Positions 52,758-63,825 of a stretch of DNA of 64,000 nucleotides are shown here, in pieces (position 1 is the first letter of the stretch; each line of letters starts with the position of its first letter). The notes under the pieces were generated by a model. That model saw only the letters and a list, made by a program, of their open reading frames with translations. It ran no database searches and had not been told where the DNA came from. This DNA is from Clostridia bacterium (GTDB taxonomy: Bacteria; Bacillota; Clostridia; Oscillospirales; Butyricicoccaceae). The stretch is from NCBI GenBank assembly GCA_044426355.1, contig JAWXUO010000003.1, positions 138 to 64,137 on the forward strand, in the 5' to 3' direction. The position numbers were made by a program, and so were the translations under genes.

Positions 52758-54527
52758 TTATTCGTCCTTTGCTATAGGTAATGTAATAATTACAGTTGTA
52801 CCTCTTTCTAGCACACTATTAATTGATATTGTTCCGTTATGTACTTCTATTATGTTTTTTGCAATAGCAAGACCAAGTCCTGTTCCACCTTTTTCACGAG
52901 AGCGAGCTTTGTCTACACGATAAAAACGCTCAAACAATCTTGGAATATCTTCGTCTGGTATGCCAAATCCAGTATCTATAACTGCGATTTCTATAGTGCT
53001 TTGAGTTTTGTTTATCGCTCTTATGATAACAACACCGTCACTTTGATTATATTTCATAGCATTTGATACAATATTTGTTAAAACTTGTTCTATTCTGTCG
53101 CTATCGCCATTTATCATACCAAGAGGGCGTATAATTTCTTTTTCTAATGTTATATTGCTATTATTTGCAACTAACAGCATCGCATTATATACTTTATCTA
53201 AAATTTTTGCGAGGTCAACTCTCTCGAAATTCATTTCTATATTGCCATGGTCTAGTTTAGAAAGGCTAAGCAAATCTTTTACTACTCTTGTCATTCTATC
53301 TGTTTCACCAGCAATAATTCCTAAAAACTTTTGTTCCGTTGGAGAATCTAGCTCTTCACCATTGTTCATAATAGTTTCTGTATAGCTTTTTATATTCGTT
53401 AGTGGTGTTCTAAGTTCATGAGATACATTTGCAACAAATTCACGTCTTGCATCTTCTAATCTTTTGCTATCTGTTATATCATATATAACTACCATTATTC
53501 CAAAATCCGAATCTTCCATATTTCCAAAAGGAGCAAAAAGCACACGGAAAGTTTTTTCATCTCGTTCGTAGCATGTTTCTACATGTTCTACACTCTTTGC
53601 ATCTTTTTTCTCGTTTTTGTATTCAGGAATTTTTATATCTTTAAAAATATCTTTAAATTTTAAACCTTCACGAAATTTCATACCAACAATTTCTTCGGCT
53701 TTTCTATTCATGTTTATAATACTTCCATCTTGGTTAAAAGCAAGTACGCCGTCTGTCATATGTAAAAACAAAGTCGAAAGTTTATCTTTTTCTTCTTGAA
53801 CTTGGTCTAGAGTTTCTTTTAGCGTGTCCGACATTTTATTAAAAGTATCTGTTAAAATACCTATTTCGTCTTGCGATTGTATTTCTAGTGGCTTTGAAAA
53901 ATCCCCTTCAGAACGAAGTATAGCACCTTTTGTTAAATTTTCTATAGAGTTTGTCATTGTTTTAGATAAAACAAAACTTAATATTATAGAAACAATAAGC
54001 CCTAAAAACATAGCTTGCAGAGTTATTCCAAAAAGTGTCCATGTAAGGTCGTTTATTTCTGCTTTGTTATCTAAAATATAAACTATGTAGCTTGCGTTAT
54101 TTATAGGTATTGCAACATCTAAATAATCGCTTGATATGCTATTTACAAATCCTACTTCATTATTTAAAGCACTTGATATATTCGCAGTTATAATAATATC
54201 TTTTGGTATCTCGCTTCTTGAAGAAAATATAGGTTTTGTTGAATTTCCATCTATTAGATAATACTCTCTATCGCTATCTATTCCTAAAGGACCTGCATAT
54301 GCATCTATAATGCTTTTTAGCTCTTGCAAATCTTCATTTAGTGCTACACTTTCCATATGAGAAATTACATCGGTTGTAAAAACTGAGGTAATTTGCTTAT
54401 TAAAATCCTCAAAATATGAAGTAGTAACCGAATTTAACATAAAAGTGCCTAATACTGACATTACCGACGATATTAATATAAAAAATATTAATATCAGTTT
54501 CATTTGTAAACTTTTAAACATATGCAC
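52758..54527 (-). CDS. walK: Sensor histidine kinase, WalK-like
   Basis: It has two TM segments, HAMP and PAS domains, a HisKA domain (SHELRTPLT) and an HATPase domain (GGTGLGLAIAKNII). Synteny with walR, yycH/I/J and rlmH supports the call. Confidence 0.8.
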   Translation of the reverse strand: MHMFKSLQMKLILIFFILISSVMSVLGTFMLNSVTTSYFEDFNKQITSVFTTDVISHMESVALNEDLQELKSIIDAYAGPLGIDSDREYYLIDGNSTKPIFSSRSEIPKDIIITANISSALNNEVGFVNSISSDYLDVAIPINNASYIVYILDNKAEINDLTWTLFGITLQAMFLGLIVSIILSFVLSKTMTNSIENLTKGAILRSEGDFSKPLEIQSQDEIGILTDTFNKMSDTLKETLDQVQEEKDKLSTLFLHMTDGVLAFNQDGSIINMNRKAEEIVGMKFREGLKFKDIFKDIKIPEYKNEKKDAKSVEHVETCYERDEKTFRVLFAPFGNMEDSDFGIMVVIYDITDSKRLEDARREFVANVSHELRTPLTNIKSYTETIMNNGEELDSPTEQKFLGIIAGETDRMTRVVKDLLSLSKLDHGNIEMNFERVDLAKILDKVYNAMLLVANNSNITLEKEIIRPLGMINGDSDRIEQVLTNIVSNAMKYNQSDGVVIIRAINKTQSTIEIAVIDTGFGIPDEDIPRLFERFYRVDKARSREKGGTGLGLAIAKNIIEVHNGTISINSVLERGTTVIITLPIAKDE

Positions 54528-54530
54528 TCC

Positions 54531-55211
54531 TTATACAGTAAAATAATAACCTTGTCCACGTTTTGTTATAATATATTTTGGTTTTGCTGAATTTTCTTCT
54601 ATTTTTTCTCGCAAACGTCTAATTGCAACATCTACAGAACGAAGGTCGCTAAAAAATTCGTATTTCCATACTTCTTTCATAAGTTCTTCACGGCTAACAA
54701 CTTGGTTTGGCTTGTCTAGTAAATATTTTGTAATTTCATATTCACGAGTTGTAAGTTCTATATTTTTGTCTTTATATATTATTGTTCCTTTGTTGTGGTC
54801 TATAGACAAATCTTGGTCTATAACTTGCATACTCGTAGATGTTTTTTGTATTTCTCGACGAGTATTCGCTTTAACTCGAGCTATAAGCTCTTTCATAGAA
54901 AAAGGTTTTGTAACATAATCATCTGCACCGTTTTCTAATCCTTGTATTTTGTCTTGTTCTTCTTCTCGTGCTGTAAGCATTATTATTGGAACTTGCGATA
55001 CACGTCTAACATTTTCTAAAATTTCAAAACCATCAAGGCTCGGCAACATAACATCAAGCAAAACTATATCGGGTATATCTACTAAAATCGCATCTAAACC
55101 AAGCTTTCCATCATTAAATTGCAAAACATCAAAACCTTCTCGTTCTAAGTTAAACTGCAAAATATCAGCTATTGCTTTTTCATCTTCTACGATTATTACT
55201 TTTTTACTCAT
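54531..55211 (-). CDS. walR: OmpR-family response regulator, WalR-like
   Basis: It has a REC domain (DIVLLDVMLPSLDG) and a winged-helix domain (ITKRGQGYYF). Confidence 0.85.
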   Translation of the reverse strand: MSKKVIIVEDEKAIADILQFNLEREGFDVLQFNDGKLGLDAILVDIPDIVLLDVMLPSLDGFEILENVRRVSQVPIIMLTAREEEQDKIQGLENGADDYVTKPFSMKELIARVKANTRREIQKTSTSMQVIDQDLSIDHNKGTIIYKDKNIELTTREYEITKYLLDKPNQVVSREELMKEVWKYEFFSDLRSVDVAIRRLREKIEENSAKPKYIITKRGQGYYFTV

Positions 55212-55238
55212 AGATTTACTCCCCTTAACATTTTATTA

Positions 55239-56471
55239 CTATTTTTGAAGTATATTTCTTATCATATCTAAAGCCACAGAAGAAGCTTTAAGTCTTGTAG
55301 ATTCTCTGTTTCTGTATCCTGTTATTTCTTTTTCAAAATACTCGCCTTTGTAATATACACAAACATATACTAAACCAAGTGGTTTTTCTTCTGTTCCACC
55401 TGTAGGACCTGCTATTCCTGTTGTAGAAACTCCTATATCGCTTTTAAAAACTTCTGACACACCTTTTGCCATTTCACGAGCTGTTTCTTGCGATACTGCC
55501 CCATGTTGTTTTAGTGTATCTTCGTTTACATTAACTAGTTTTACCTTAGACTCGTTAGAATATGTGCAAACAGAACCTAAAAATACAGGTGACACACCTG
55601 CCATATCAGTCATTCTTTTTGCTAAAAGTCCACCTGTGCAAGATTCTGCACACGAAACAGTAATTTTTTTATCTATTAAACGTTGCATTACAACTTCTTC
55701 TAAAGAAACTTCGTCTTCGCCATAGATATACTGCCCTAAAATATTATAAATATCCTCACGGACTGGTTTTATCATATCGTTTGCTTTTGCTAAATCTTCT
55801 GCTTTTGCTGTAACACGAACTAAACATTCGCCTTGCTTTGCATAAGGTGCGATAGTTGGATTTGTATAAGACACCATTTTTTCACGCAAAATTTCTTCTA
55901 CTTGCGATTCGCCAATGCCAAACATTTTTAAGCTTACAGAATGTATTACACCGTCTGTTAAAGAATGTAGATAAGGTATTGCACGGTATAAAAACATAGG
56001 TTTACATTCTTTTGGTGGCCCTGGTAACATTAAAACGTAATTTTTTTCAGATTTAAATCCACAACCAGGAGCTGTTCCCCAATCATTATAAAAAGGCGTG
56101 CAACCTTCTGGTAGCATAGCTTGTTTTCTTTGCGTTGTTGTCATCTTTATTTTGCCATTTTTAAAATATTTTTCTATATGTTCGAAAGATTTTTCGTCAA
56201 AAACAAGTTCTTTTCCAAAAGTTTCTGCTATTATTTCTTTCGTCAGGTCATCATAAGTAGGCCCTAGACCACCTGTTGTAATAATTATGTCAACACGTTT
56301 TTTTGCAATTTCTAAAGCTTCTTTTAATCTGTCTTTATTATCTCCTACTACAGTGTGATAATATACATTTATGCCTATTTTAGCAAGCTCTTGAGATAGC
56401 ATTTGAGCATCAGAATTTATTATATCGCCTAGTAAAATTTCTGTGCCTACTGAAATAACTTCAACGTTCAT
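55239..56471 (-). CDS. cinA: Competence/damage-inducible protein CinA (MoCF-binding + PncC NMN amidohydrolase domains)
   Basis: The N-terminus (MNVEVISVGTEILLGDIINSDAQ) and C-terminus (SCAESCTGGLLA) match CinA. Confidence 0.92.
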   Translation of the reverse strand: MNVEVISVGTEILLGDIINSDAQMLSQELAKIGINVYYHTVVGDNKDRLKEALEIAKKRVDIIITTGGLGPTYDDLTKEIIAETFGKELVFDEKSFEHIEKYFKNGKIKMTTTQRKQAMLPEGCTPFYNDWGTAPGCGFKSEKNYVLMLPGPPKECKPMFLYRAIPYLHSLTDGVIHSVSLKMFGIGESQVEEILREKMVSYTNPTIAPYAKQGECLVRVTAKAEDLAKANDMIKPVREDIYNILGQYIYGEDEVSLEEVVMQRLIDKKITVSCAESCTGGLLAKRMTDMAGVSPVFLGSVCTYSNESKVKLVNVNEDTLKQHGAVSQETAREMAKGVSEVFKSDIGVSTTGIAGPTGGTEEKPLGLVYVCVYYKGEYFEKEITGYRNRESTRLKASSVALDMIRNILQK

Positions 56472-57667
56472 TATTCGTTCTCCTTTTTATTGTTTCCAAA
56501 AATTACAACTTCTACAGCACGACCTGCATCATATATTAAATCATCTAAATTCGGTATTTGTTCTTCTTCTTTAACTACATGAGCAAGTTTTGGTCTTGTT
56601 TGTGGGTGTTTTGGTGTAAATACTGTACAACAATCCTCATAAGGTAGTACCGAAGTATCAAAAGTTTCTATTTTTTTAGAAATTACAATAATTTCTTCTT
56701 TGTCCATTCCAATTACAGGACGAAAAACAGGCATATTGCAAACTTTATCTGTAACACCGATAGCTTCCATAGTTTGCGATGCAACTTGACCTAGGCTCTC
56801 GCCAGTGACTAAAGCTAGAGAGTCTTTATTTTTTGCAACATTGCAAGCAATCTTCATCATACATCTACGCATTATCAGCGTAAACATATCTTCTTTACAA
56901 TGTTTTCTAATATTTTCTTGAATTTCCGTAAACGGAACAATATAAACACGCATTCTTCCTGAATAATTCGATACTATATCAGCTAAATCCAAAACTTTTT
57001 GCTTTGCTTGCTCCGAAGTATACGGATAGCTATAAAAATGGATAGCATCAAGTGTTACTCCACGTTTTGCCATCATATATCCTGCAACTGGGCTATCTAT
57101 TCCCCCAGATAATAAAAGAAGTGCTTTTCCGTTTGTTCCAACAGGCATTCCACCTGCCCCACGGATTTTTTCTGCATATATAAAAGCATATACATCACGT
57201 ATTTCTACATAAATTGTAATATCTGGCGTGTGCATATCAGCTTTTAATGTTTCTTTAAAAGCTTCTGCTACCTCTCCACCTACGTGAATTGAAGTTTGCA
57301 CAGATGATATAGGAAATTTTTTGTCTGCTCTTTTCGTTTCTACTTTAAACGTTTTATATTTATGCACGATTTTTCCCATATACTCGATTGCAGTTTTTGT
57401 AATGCTTTCTATATTTTTTTCGCACACTGTAGCTTTTGATAAAACAACTATACCAAAAATCTTTTTACAGATTTCTAGTGCTTCGTCTATCGAGCTTTCG
57501 TCGTCTAAGCTTTCTATATAAATTGTAGCTTGCATTGCATAGATAGAATAGTTACCAGCTTTTTTTAATCTGTGACGCATGTTCTCGATTAGTCTATCTT
57601 CAAAACGTTTTCGGTTAAGTCCTTTTAGAACCATCTCTCCACATTTTACTAAAATTATCTCTTTCAT
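56471..57667 (-). CDS. thiI: tRNA 4-thiouridine synthase ThiI
   Basis: It has a THUMP domain and a PP-loop (LLLSGGIDSPVA). Confidence 0.93.
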   Translation of the reverse strand: MKEIILVKCGEMVLKGLNRKRFEDRLIENMRHRLKKAGNYSIYAMQATIYIESLDDESSIDEALEICKKIFGIVVLSKATVCEKNIESITKTAIEYMGKIVHKYKTFKVETKRADKKFPISSVQTSIHVGGEVAEAFKETLKADMHTPDITIYVEIRDVYAFIYAEKIRGAGGMPVGTNGKALLLLSGGIDSPVAGYMMAKRGVTLDAIHFYSYPYTSEQAKQKVLDLADIVSNYSGRMRVYIVPFTEIQENIRKHCKEDMFTLIMRRCMMKIACNVAKNKDSLALVTGESLGQVASQTMEAIGVTDKVCNMPVFRPVIGMDKEEIIVISKKIETFDTSVLPYEDCCTVFTPKHPQTRPKLAHVVKEEEQIPNLDDLIYDAGRAVEVVIFGNNKKENE

Positions 57668-57790
57668 ATTTTCTCCATTTTCTATTTTAACAATAGTTTT
57701 ATAATATTTGTATTATTCCGAATGTGCTTTGTATTGTTCCGTACAAAGCACTTTCTTATACTATTTGTATATTTTACATAATATATAACT

Positions 57791-58915
57791 TTAACAGAAC
57801 ATTTTAACGCAAGCTTTAAGACCTTTTATTAATTGGTCTATATCGTCTTTTGTGTTGTTAACCGAGAAACTAACACGTATCGAACTATCTGCAATTTCTC
57901 TTTCTATGCCCATTGCAAGTAGTACATAAGATATTTTTCCCTTAGTACAAGCCGAGCCACTAGATACATATACGCCATGACTTTCTAAAACTCTAAGTGC
58001 TACCTCACTCTTAACTTTTGGTATAGAAAAAGATTTTATATACTCTACGTTTGAAATTCCATTATAGCAAAAATTATTTACACTAAAATTTTCTTTTAGT
58101 TTTTCATCTAAATAATCAGCAAGATTTTTTATATATTCGTTACTATATTTTTCTTGGTTTATTTCCACAGCCTGTGCAAAACCTGCAATAGCTGGCACAT
58201 TTTCTGTCCCAGAACGAAACTCATTTTGCTGTCCACCACCATAAATATAAGGAGGTAAATTTAAACCTTTTTTTAAATATAACGCACCAACACCTTTTGA
58301 TGCACCAATTTTATGACCAGACACAGACATTAAGTCTATCCCCAAATCCAAAACATCTATCGGTACTTTACAAAAAGCTTGAACTGCGTCTACATGAAAA
58401 AGACCGAATTTAGATTTTTCTTTAAATTCTTTGCAAAGTTCCTTTATAGGAAAAAGACTTCCAACTTCGTTATTAACCATCATAAAACTAGCTAAAATTG
58501 TATCTTCACGAATAGCTTTTGCAAAAGTTTCTACATCTATATTTCCCTGTTTGTTCGGTTTAATAAATTCTACTTCGAAACCACGGCTCTCAAGTTCTTT
58601 CAAAACATTTATGCTTGCTGAGTGTTCTATCTCTGAAGCTACTATGTGTTTTCCTCTTTTGCCTAGTTTTTTACAAGTAGAAAAAAGTGCAGTATTTATA
58701 CTTTCTGTACCACCCGAGGTGAAAATAATTTCTTGTGGTGTACAATTTATAGCTTTTGATATAATTTTACTTGCATTATCAACAGAAAGTTTTGCATATC
58801 TGCCTACTTCGTGTAGTGATGATGGGTTTCCGTAGTTTTCCATCATCTGACTATACATGGTTTCAGCTACTTTTTTATATACTTTTGTAGTAGAAGCATT
58901 ATCTAAATACGCCAT
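57791..58915 (-). CDS. Cysteine desulfurase (NifS/IscS family)
   Basis: I moved the start to ATG 58915 (MAYLDNASTT; RBS AGGGG). It has the PLP lysine (SGHKIG) and the active-site Cys (SSGSAC). It is paired with thiI. Confidence 0.9.
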   Translation of the reverse strand: MAYLDNASTTKVYKKVAETMYSQMMENYGNPSSLHEVGRYAKLSVDNASKIISKAINCTPQEIIFTSGGTESINTALFSTCKKLGKRGKHIVASEIEHSASINVLKELESRGFEVEFIKPNKQGNIDVETFAKAIREDTILASFMMVNNEVGSLFPIKELCKEFKEKSKFGLFHVDAVQAFCKVPIDVLDLGIDLMSVSGHKIGASKGVGALYLKKGLNLPPYIYGGGQQNEFRSGTENVPAIAGFAQAVEINQEKYSNEYIKNLADYLDEKLKENFSVNNFCYNGISNVEYIKSFSIPKVKSEVALRVLESHGVYVSSGSACTKGKISYVLLAMGIEREIADSSIRVSFSVNNTKDDIDQLIKGLKACVKMFC

Positions 58916-59080
58916 TAATTTTACCCCTAAATATCGAAATAATATTTTTATTCTTATTGTATCACATTTTAAACTTTTTTTCAATTATTCTTTTAAAAAA
59001 CTTTAACTCAATTCCATAAAACTATATATGTTAAAATTTTTAAAAAAAGCATTGCTTATAGCTATAATCTTTTTACATAA

Positions 59081-59109
59081 AAAAACCAGCCTAATTAAAG
59101 ACTGGTTTT
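59081..59109 (-). terminator. Rho-independent terminator after rplQ
   Basis: The minus strand reads AAAACCAG-12 nt-CTGGTTTT followed by a U-run. Confidence 0.75.
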
Positions 59110-59114
59110 ATAAA

Positions 59115-59456
59115 TTAAACTAATTCAATGATAGCCATTTCAGCACAGTCACCACGACGTGGACCTGTTTTGATAATACGAGTGTAACCACCTTGTCTAT
59201 CTGCATAGCTTGGTGCTATTTCATTAAAAGTTTTTGCAACAACTTCTTCTTTTGTGATAAAAGCCATTGCTTGGCGTCTTGACGCTAAAGTGTTTTTCTT
59301 GCCTAATGTTATCATTTTTTCTGCAAGAGGACGAACTTCTTTAGCACGAGCAACCGTAGTTTCTATTCTTCCTGTTTCTAGTAAGAAAGTAACCATAGCA
59401 CGAAGCATTGCCATTCTATGATCTGTTTTTCTTCCTAGCTTACGAGTACCTGGCAT
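59115..59456 (-). CDS. rplQ: 50S ribosomal protein L17
   Basis: The sequence [21 protein letters not shown]... matches L17. Confidence 0.97.
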   Translation of the reverse strand: MPGTRKLGRKTDHRMAMLRAMVTFLLETGRIETTVARAKEVRPLAEKMITLGKKNTLASRRQAMAFITKEEVVAKTFNEIAPSYADRQGGYTRIIKTGPRRGDCAEMAIIELV

Positions 59457-59499
59457 TACAATACCTCCTTTTTAAGTTGGTTTTTATAGTTAAATGTAA

Positions 59500-60453
59500 T
59501 TATTCATCTCTATCAGCAGATAGGGTAAGACCCATCGCTTCTAGTTTTTGTATTACTTCTTCTAGTGACTTACGACCTAAGTTACGAACTTTCATCATAT
59601 CATCTTCTGAAGTATTCACTAAATCATCTACCGTGTTAATTCCTGCACGTTTTAGGCAGTTAAATGAACGAACAGATAAATCAAGCTCTTCGATAGTTGT
59701 TTCTAAAACTTTTACTTGTTCAGCATCAGCTTTTTCAACAATTGTATTTTTAAGCCCAATTTCTACAGATAAATTAACAAACAACGCTAAATGGTCTGTT
59801 AAAACTTTTGCAGCAAGTGATACTGCATCTTTTGCAGGTATCGTTCTGTCTGTCCAAAGTTCAAGTGTTAATTTATCAAAGTCAGTAACATTACCAACTC
59901 TTGTATTTTCTACAAAGTAATTTACTTTATATACTGGTGTGTAGATAGAGTCGATTGGTATAATTCCGATAATATTTGCAATATTATCTTTATTTTTCTC
60001 AGCCGAAACATATCCTCTACCGTGACTAAAGGTAAGTTCCATAGAAAATCTCGCATCGCTCATTAAAGTTGCGATATGATGATCTGGATTTAATATTTCT
60101 ATATCACTATCTGGAGTAATGCTAGACGCAGTTATAACACCTTCGCCATTAGCTTCGATATAAGCAGTTTTAATTCCTTCGCTGTGTAATTTAGCAATAA
60201 TGCCTTTTACGTTTAGAACGATTTCTGTTACATCTTCTTTTACTCCTGGGATTGAAGAAAATTCATGAGAAATTCCTGCAATTTTTATACTTGTTACAGC
60301 AGTCCCTGGTAGTGATGATAATAATACTCTGCGTAACGCATTTCCTAAAGTTGTGCCATAGCCTCGTTCTAGTGGTTCTATTACGAATCTGCCATAACTT
60401 CCATCTTCTTCTAAATGTTCGCAGTACATTTGTGGTTTTTCTATTTCGATCAT
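59500..60453 (-). CDS. rpoA: DNA-directed RNA polymerase subunit alpha
   Basis: 317 aa ([18 protein letters not shown]...; C-terminal domain [16 protein letters not shown]). Confidence 0.98.
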   Translation of the reverse strand: MIEIEKPQMYCEHLEEDGSYGRFVIEPLERGYGTTLGNALRRVLLSSLPGTAVTSIKIAGISHEFSSIPGVKEDVTEIVLNVKGIIAKLHSEGIKTAYIEANGEGVITASSITPDSDIEILNPDHHIATLMSDARFSMELTFSHGRGYVSAEKNKDNIANIIGIIPIDSIYTPVYKVNYFVENTRVGNVTDFDKLTLELWTDRTIPAKDAVSLAAKVLTDHLALFVNLSVEIGLKNTIVEKADAEQVKVLETTIEELDLSVRSFNCLKRAGINTVDDLVNTSEDDMMKVRNLGRKSLEEVIQKLEAMGLTLSADRDE

Positions 60454-60518
60454 TTATTATACCCTCCCTAACATGTTTGCATTTTAGCTTATTTTGGGTT
60501 GTGTCAAGCACATGGATA

Positions 60519-61115
60519 TTATTTAGAGTAAAGTTCGACGATAAGGTGTTCATGAACTTCAAAATCTAGTTCTGTTCTTACTGGTTTTGCAAGTACTTTA
60601 CCCTCAAACGAGTCTTTTTCTCTTGATAACCAAGATGTTGTTGATTGGTTCCCTTTTTGTTCTATTAAAGACTTGAATTTTGTAGTGCTTCTTGATTTTT
60701 CACGAACCGATATAACATCTCCCACTTTTAGCGAGTATGACGGTATGTTTACTCTCGAACCATTTACAAGAAAATGTGCATGATTTACAAGTTGGCGAGC
60801 TTCACGACGTGTGTTTGCAAAGCCTAATCTGTAAACAACGCTATCTAAACGAAGTTCTAATTGTTCTAGTAATACTTCACCAGTGATACCTTGAGCTTTT
60901 TCAGCTTTTTCATAGTATTTTCTGAATTGTGTTTCAAGTACTCCATAAACAAATTTTACTTTTTGTTTTTCGTTAAGTTGTAATCCGTATTCACTTTGTT
61001 TTCTTCTATTAGGTTTTGGGTTTCTAATTGATTCTTTTTTGTAGACACCTAAAACCGTAGGAGAAATACCTAAAGTTTTACATCTTTTTAGTATTGGTGC
61101 TTTATTTTTAGCCAT
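60519..61115 (-). CDS. rpsD: 30S ribosomal protein S4
   Basis: I moved the start to ATG 61115 (MAKNKAPILKRCKTLGISP). The track's extension overlaps rpsK. Confidence 0.96.
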   Translation of the reverse strand: MAKNKAPILKRCKTLGISPTVLGVYKKESIRNPKPNRRKQSEYGLQLNEKQKVKFVYGVLETQFRKYYEKAEKAQGITGEVLLEQLELRLDSVVYRLGFANTRREARQLVNHAHFLVNGSRVNIPSYSLKVGDVISVREKSRSTTKFKSLIEQKGNQSTTSWLSREKDSFEGKVLAKPVRTELDFEVHEHLIVELYSK

Positions 61116-61129
61116 AGGTAAAAATCCTC

Positions 61130-61528
61130 CTAAACTCTTCTTCTTTTTGGTGGACGGCAACCGTTGTGAGGTATTGGAGTAACATCTTTGATAAGAGTTA
61201 CATCAAGACCAACAGCTTGCAATGCACGAATTGCAGCTTCACGACCAGAGCCAGGTCCTTTAACAAATACTTCAACTGATTTTAAACCATGTTCCATTGC
61301 AGCTTTTGCAGCAACTTCTGCTGCAGATTGTGCAGCGAATGGTGTAGATTTACGAGAGCCACGAAAGCCTTCTCCACCAGCAGATGCCCAAGAAAGAGCA
61401 TTGCCTTTAGTGTCTGTAATTGTAACAATTGTATTGTTGAAAGAAGAGCGGATATGAACTGCGCCTTTTTCAATGTTTTTACGTTCACGACGTTTAGTTC
61501 TAACAACTTTTTTAGTTTGTTTTGCCAT
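61130..61528 (-). CDS. rpsK: 30S ribosomal protein S11
   Basis: The sequence ...[43 protein letters not shown]... matches S11. Confidence 0.97.
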   Translation of the reverse strand: MAKQTKKVVRTKRRERKNIEKGAVHIRSSFNNTIVTITDTKGNALSWASAGGEGFRGSRKSTPFAAQSAAEVAAKAAMEHGLKSVEVFVKGPGSGREAAIRALQAVGLDVTLIKDVTPIPHNGCRPPKRRRV

Positions 61529-61543
61529 TTAAACTCTTCCTCC

Positions 61544-61912
61544 TTATTTCTTCTTATTAGCGATTGTTTTCTTAGGTCCTTTTCTTGTTCTAGCATTTGT
61601 TTTAGAACGTTGACCACGAACTGGTAAACCACGTCTGTGGCGAATACCTCTGTAACAACCGATGTCTATTAAGCGTTTGATGTCCATTGCAACTTTACGA
61701 CGTAGGTCGCCTTCAACTGTGATTTCTTTGTCAATAATATCACGAAGTTTTTGAACGTCTTCATCTGATAAGTCACGAACTCTAGTATCAGGATTAACTC
61801 CTGTTTTTGCTAAAATATCATTTGATAAGTTTCTTCCAATGCCGAAAATATAAGTTAAACCAATTTCAACTCGCTTTTCACGTGGAAGGTCTACTCCAGC
61901 TATACGTGCCAT
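61544..61912 (-). CDS. rpsM: 30S ribosomal protein S13
   Basis: The sequence [26 protein letters not shown]... matches S13. Confidence 0.97.
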   Translation of the reverse strand: MARIAGVDLPREKRVEIGLTYIFGIGRNLSNDILAKTGVNPDTRVRDLSDEDVQKLRDIIDKEITVEGDLRRKVAMDIKRLIDIGCYRGIRHRRGLPVRGQRSKTNARTRKGPKKTIANKKK

Positions 61913-61954
61913 ATATTTGCACCTCCTACATTTAGAGATTTTGCTAATTTTAAA

Positions 61955-62086
<132 letters not shown>

Positions 62087-62167
62087 TTAGTGAATAGTGA
62101 CTAGTGAACAGTTTCCTGCTTTTTTCACTTTTCATTTTTAATTTTTCACTATTAAAACCGAAAGGTT

Positions 62168-62386
62168 TTATTTTGATCTCCAAGTGATACGTCCACGAGT
62201 TAGATCATAAGGTGACATTTGTACTGTTACTTTATCACCTGGTAAAATTTTAATAAAATTCATACGTAGTTTACCTGAAATATGAGCAAGTATTACATGT
62301 CCATTTGGTAATTCTACCTGAAAATTTGCATTTGGCAGCGCCTCTATGACGGTACCTTCTAGCTCGATTACGTCTTCTTTTGCCAT
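62168..62386 (-). CDS. infA: Translation initiation factor IF-1
   Basis: I moved the start to ATG 62386 ([30 protein letters not shown]...). Confidence 0.95.
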   Translation of the reverse strand: MAKEDVIELEGTVIEALPNANFQVELPNGHVILAHISGKLRMNFIKILPGDKVTVQMSPYDLTRGRITWRSK

Positions 62387-62422
62387 AATCTTCACACCCT
62401 CCACGTTATAATTAATTCCTTT

Positions 62423-63181
62423 TTAAACATCGTCACTGTGAAAAGTCAATACCTCTGGCTCTCCATCAGTTATTAAAACGGTGTTTTCATAGTGAGCTGA
62501 TAGTTTTTTATCGATAGTAATAACTGTCCATTCGTCGTCTAGTACAACTACATCTAAACTTCCCTCATTAATCATCGGCTCGATAGCAATTGTCATGCCT
62601 TTGACAAGCCTTGGTCCTCTTCCTGGCTTTCCATAGTTTGGAACTTCAGGAGATTCATGGAGGTTAGCACCAATCCCATGACCTATATATTTTGTCACAA
62701 CTGAAAAACCGTTGCTTTCAGCACAAGTTTGTATAGCATGTGATATGTCTGATATTCTATTGCCAACTTTGGCAAATTTGATACCTTCATAGAAACTCTG
62801 TCTTGTAACATCAATCAATTTCTTAGCATCTGTAGAGATTTCTCCACAAGCAAAAGTCATTGCGTTGTCACCGTGAAAGCCTTTAAAATATACTCCTACG
62901 TCTATTGAAACTATATCTCCATTGTTTAAAACTCTGCTAGAAGGTATTCCATGAATAACTTCTTCGTTTATAGATATGCACGCTGAGGCTGGAAAACCAC
63001 CATATCCTAAGAAAGACGGTATAGCTCCTGCATCTTCAATGCTTTTTTTTACAATAGCGTCAAGCTCGGCTGTTGTTATGCCAGGTTTAATAGCTTTTCC
63101 TGCATCAATTAGTGCAGTTTTAGCTATTCTTCCTGCCTGTCTCATAATTTCTATTTCTTTTTCGGATTTAATAGTTATCAT
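62423..63181 (-). CDS. map: Methionine aminopeptidase type I
   Basis: 252 aa (ITIKSEKEIEIMRQAGRI...; metal ligands in DIVSIDVG and HGIG). Confidence 0.95.
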   Translation of the reverse strand: MITIKSEKEIEIMRQAGRIAKTALIDAGKAIKPGITTAELDAIVKKSIEDAGAIPSFLGYGGFPASACISINEEVIHGIPSSRVLNNGDIVSIDVGVYFKGFHGDNAMTFACGEISTDAKKLIDVTRQSFYEGIKFAKVGNRISDISHAIQTCAESNGFSVVTKYIGHGIGANLHESPEVPNYGKPGRGPRLVKGMTIAIEPMINEGSLDVVVLDDEWTVITIDKKLSAHYENTVLITDGEPEVLTFHSDDV

Positions 63182-63183
63182 GA

Positions 63184-63813
63184 TTATATACCTAAAACTT
63201 CTAAAGCTAATTTTAAAGTTTCTTGTACATTTTTTGTACCGTCCATAATTAAAAGTTTGCCAATATCATCATAAAAAGATTTTAAAGGTTCTGTTTCGTT
63301 ATGATAAGTTTCAAGTCTTGCTTTTACAACTTCGAAAGCATCATCTTTTCTAATGATAAGATTATCTCCACATTTGTCGCACACACCATCAACTTTTGAA
63401 GGATTGCTTTCAATATGAAAAGTTTCCGAACATTTAGCACATGTTCTTCTACCTGTCATACGGTTTTCAATCACCTCATCTGGTACTTCTACACTTAAAG
63501 CTATGTCAATATCTGTTATATCAGCTAAAGCTTTCGCTTGTGGTATAGTTCTTGGGAAACCATCTAGAATAAATCCTTTTTTATATTCATCACTTGCAAG
63601 TTTGTTTGCAAGCATTCCTATTACAACTTCGTCTGGAACTAAAGCCCCAGATTCAATAAACGCTTTCGCTTTTAGTCCTAGTTCTGTTTGGTTTCTCATT
63701 TCTTCTCGAAGTATATTGCCTGTTGATACACTATTTATGCCAAGCTTTACAGTTAAAGCAGAAGATAGCGTACCTTTTCCAGCACCTGGAGCACCTAATA
63801 AAATTAATTTCAT
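63184..63813 (-). CDS. adk: Adenylate kinase (Zn-lid type)
   Basis: It has a P-loop (GAPGAGKGT) and a lid with CAKC...CDKC. Confidence 0.96.
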   Translation of the reverse strand: MKLILLGAPGAGKGTLSSALTVKLGINSVSTGNILREEMRNQTELGLKAKAFIESGALVPDEVVIGMLANKLASDEYKKGFILDGFPRTIPQAKALADITDIDIALSVEVPDEVIENRMTGRRTCAKCSETFHIESNPSKVDGVCDKCGDNLIIRKDDAFEVVKARLETYHNETEPLKSFYDDIGKLLIMDGTKNVQETLKLALEVLGI

Positions 63814-63825
63814 GTCGAATACTCC

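Noticed and set aside
57791-58984. N-terminal extensions in the ORF track. Affected entries are 57791-58984, 60519-61160, 62168-62404, 34754-35191, 19744-20370, 19081-19791 and 14926-15276.
   Set aside because: In each case an internal ATG with a proper RBS gives the conserved N-terminus. The upstream extension overlaps a neighbouring gene, RBS or intergenic DNA. Starts were trimmed accordingly.
61282-61632. Overlapping 112-116 aa ORFs on both strands
   Set aside because: They are alternative frames of rpsK and rpsM, whose frames give textbook S11 and S13 sequences.
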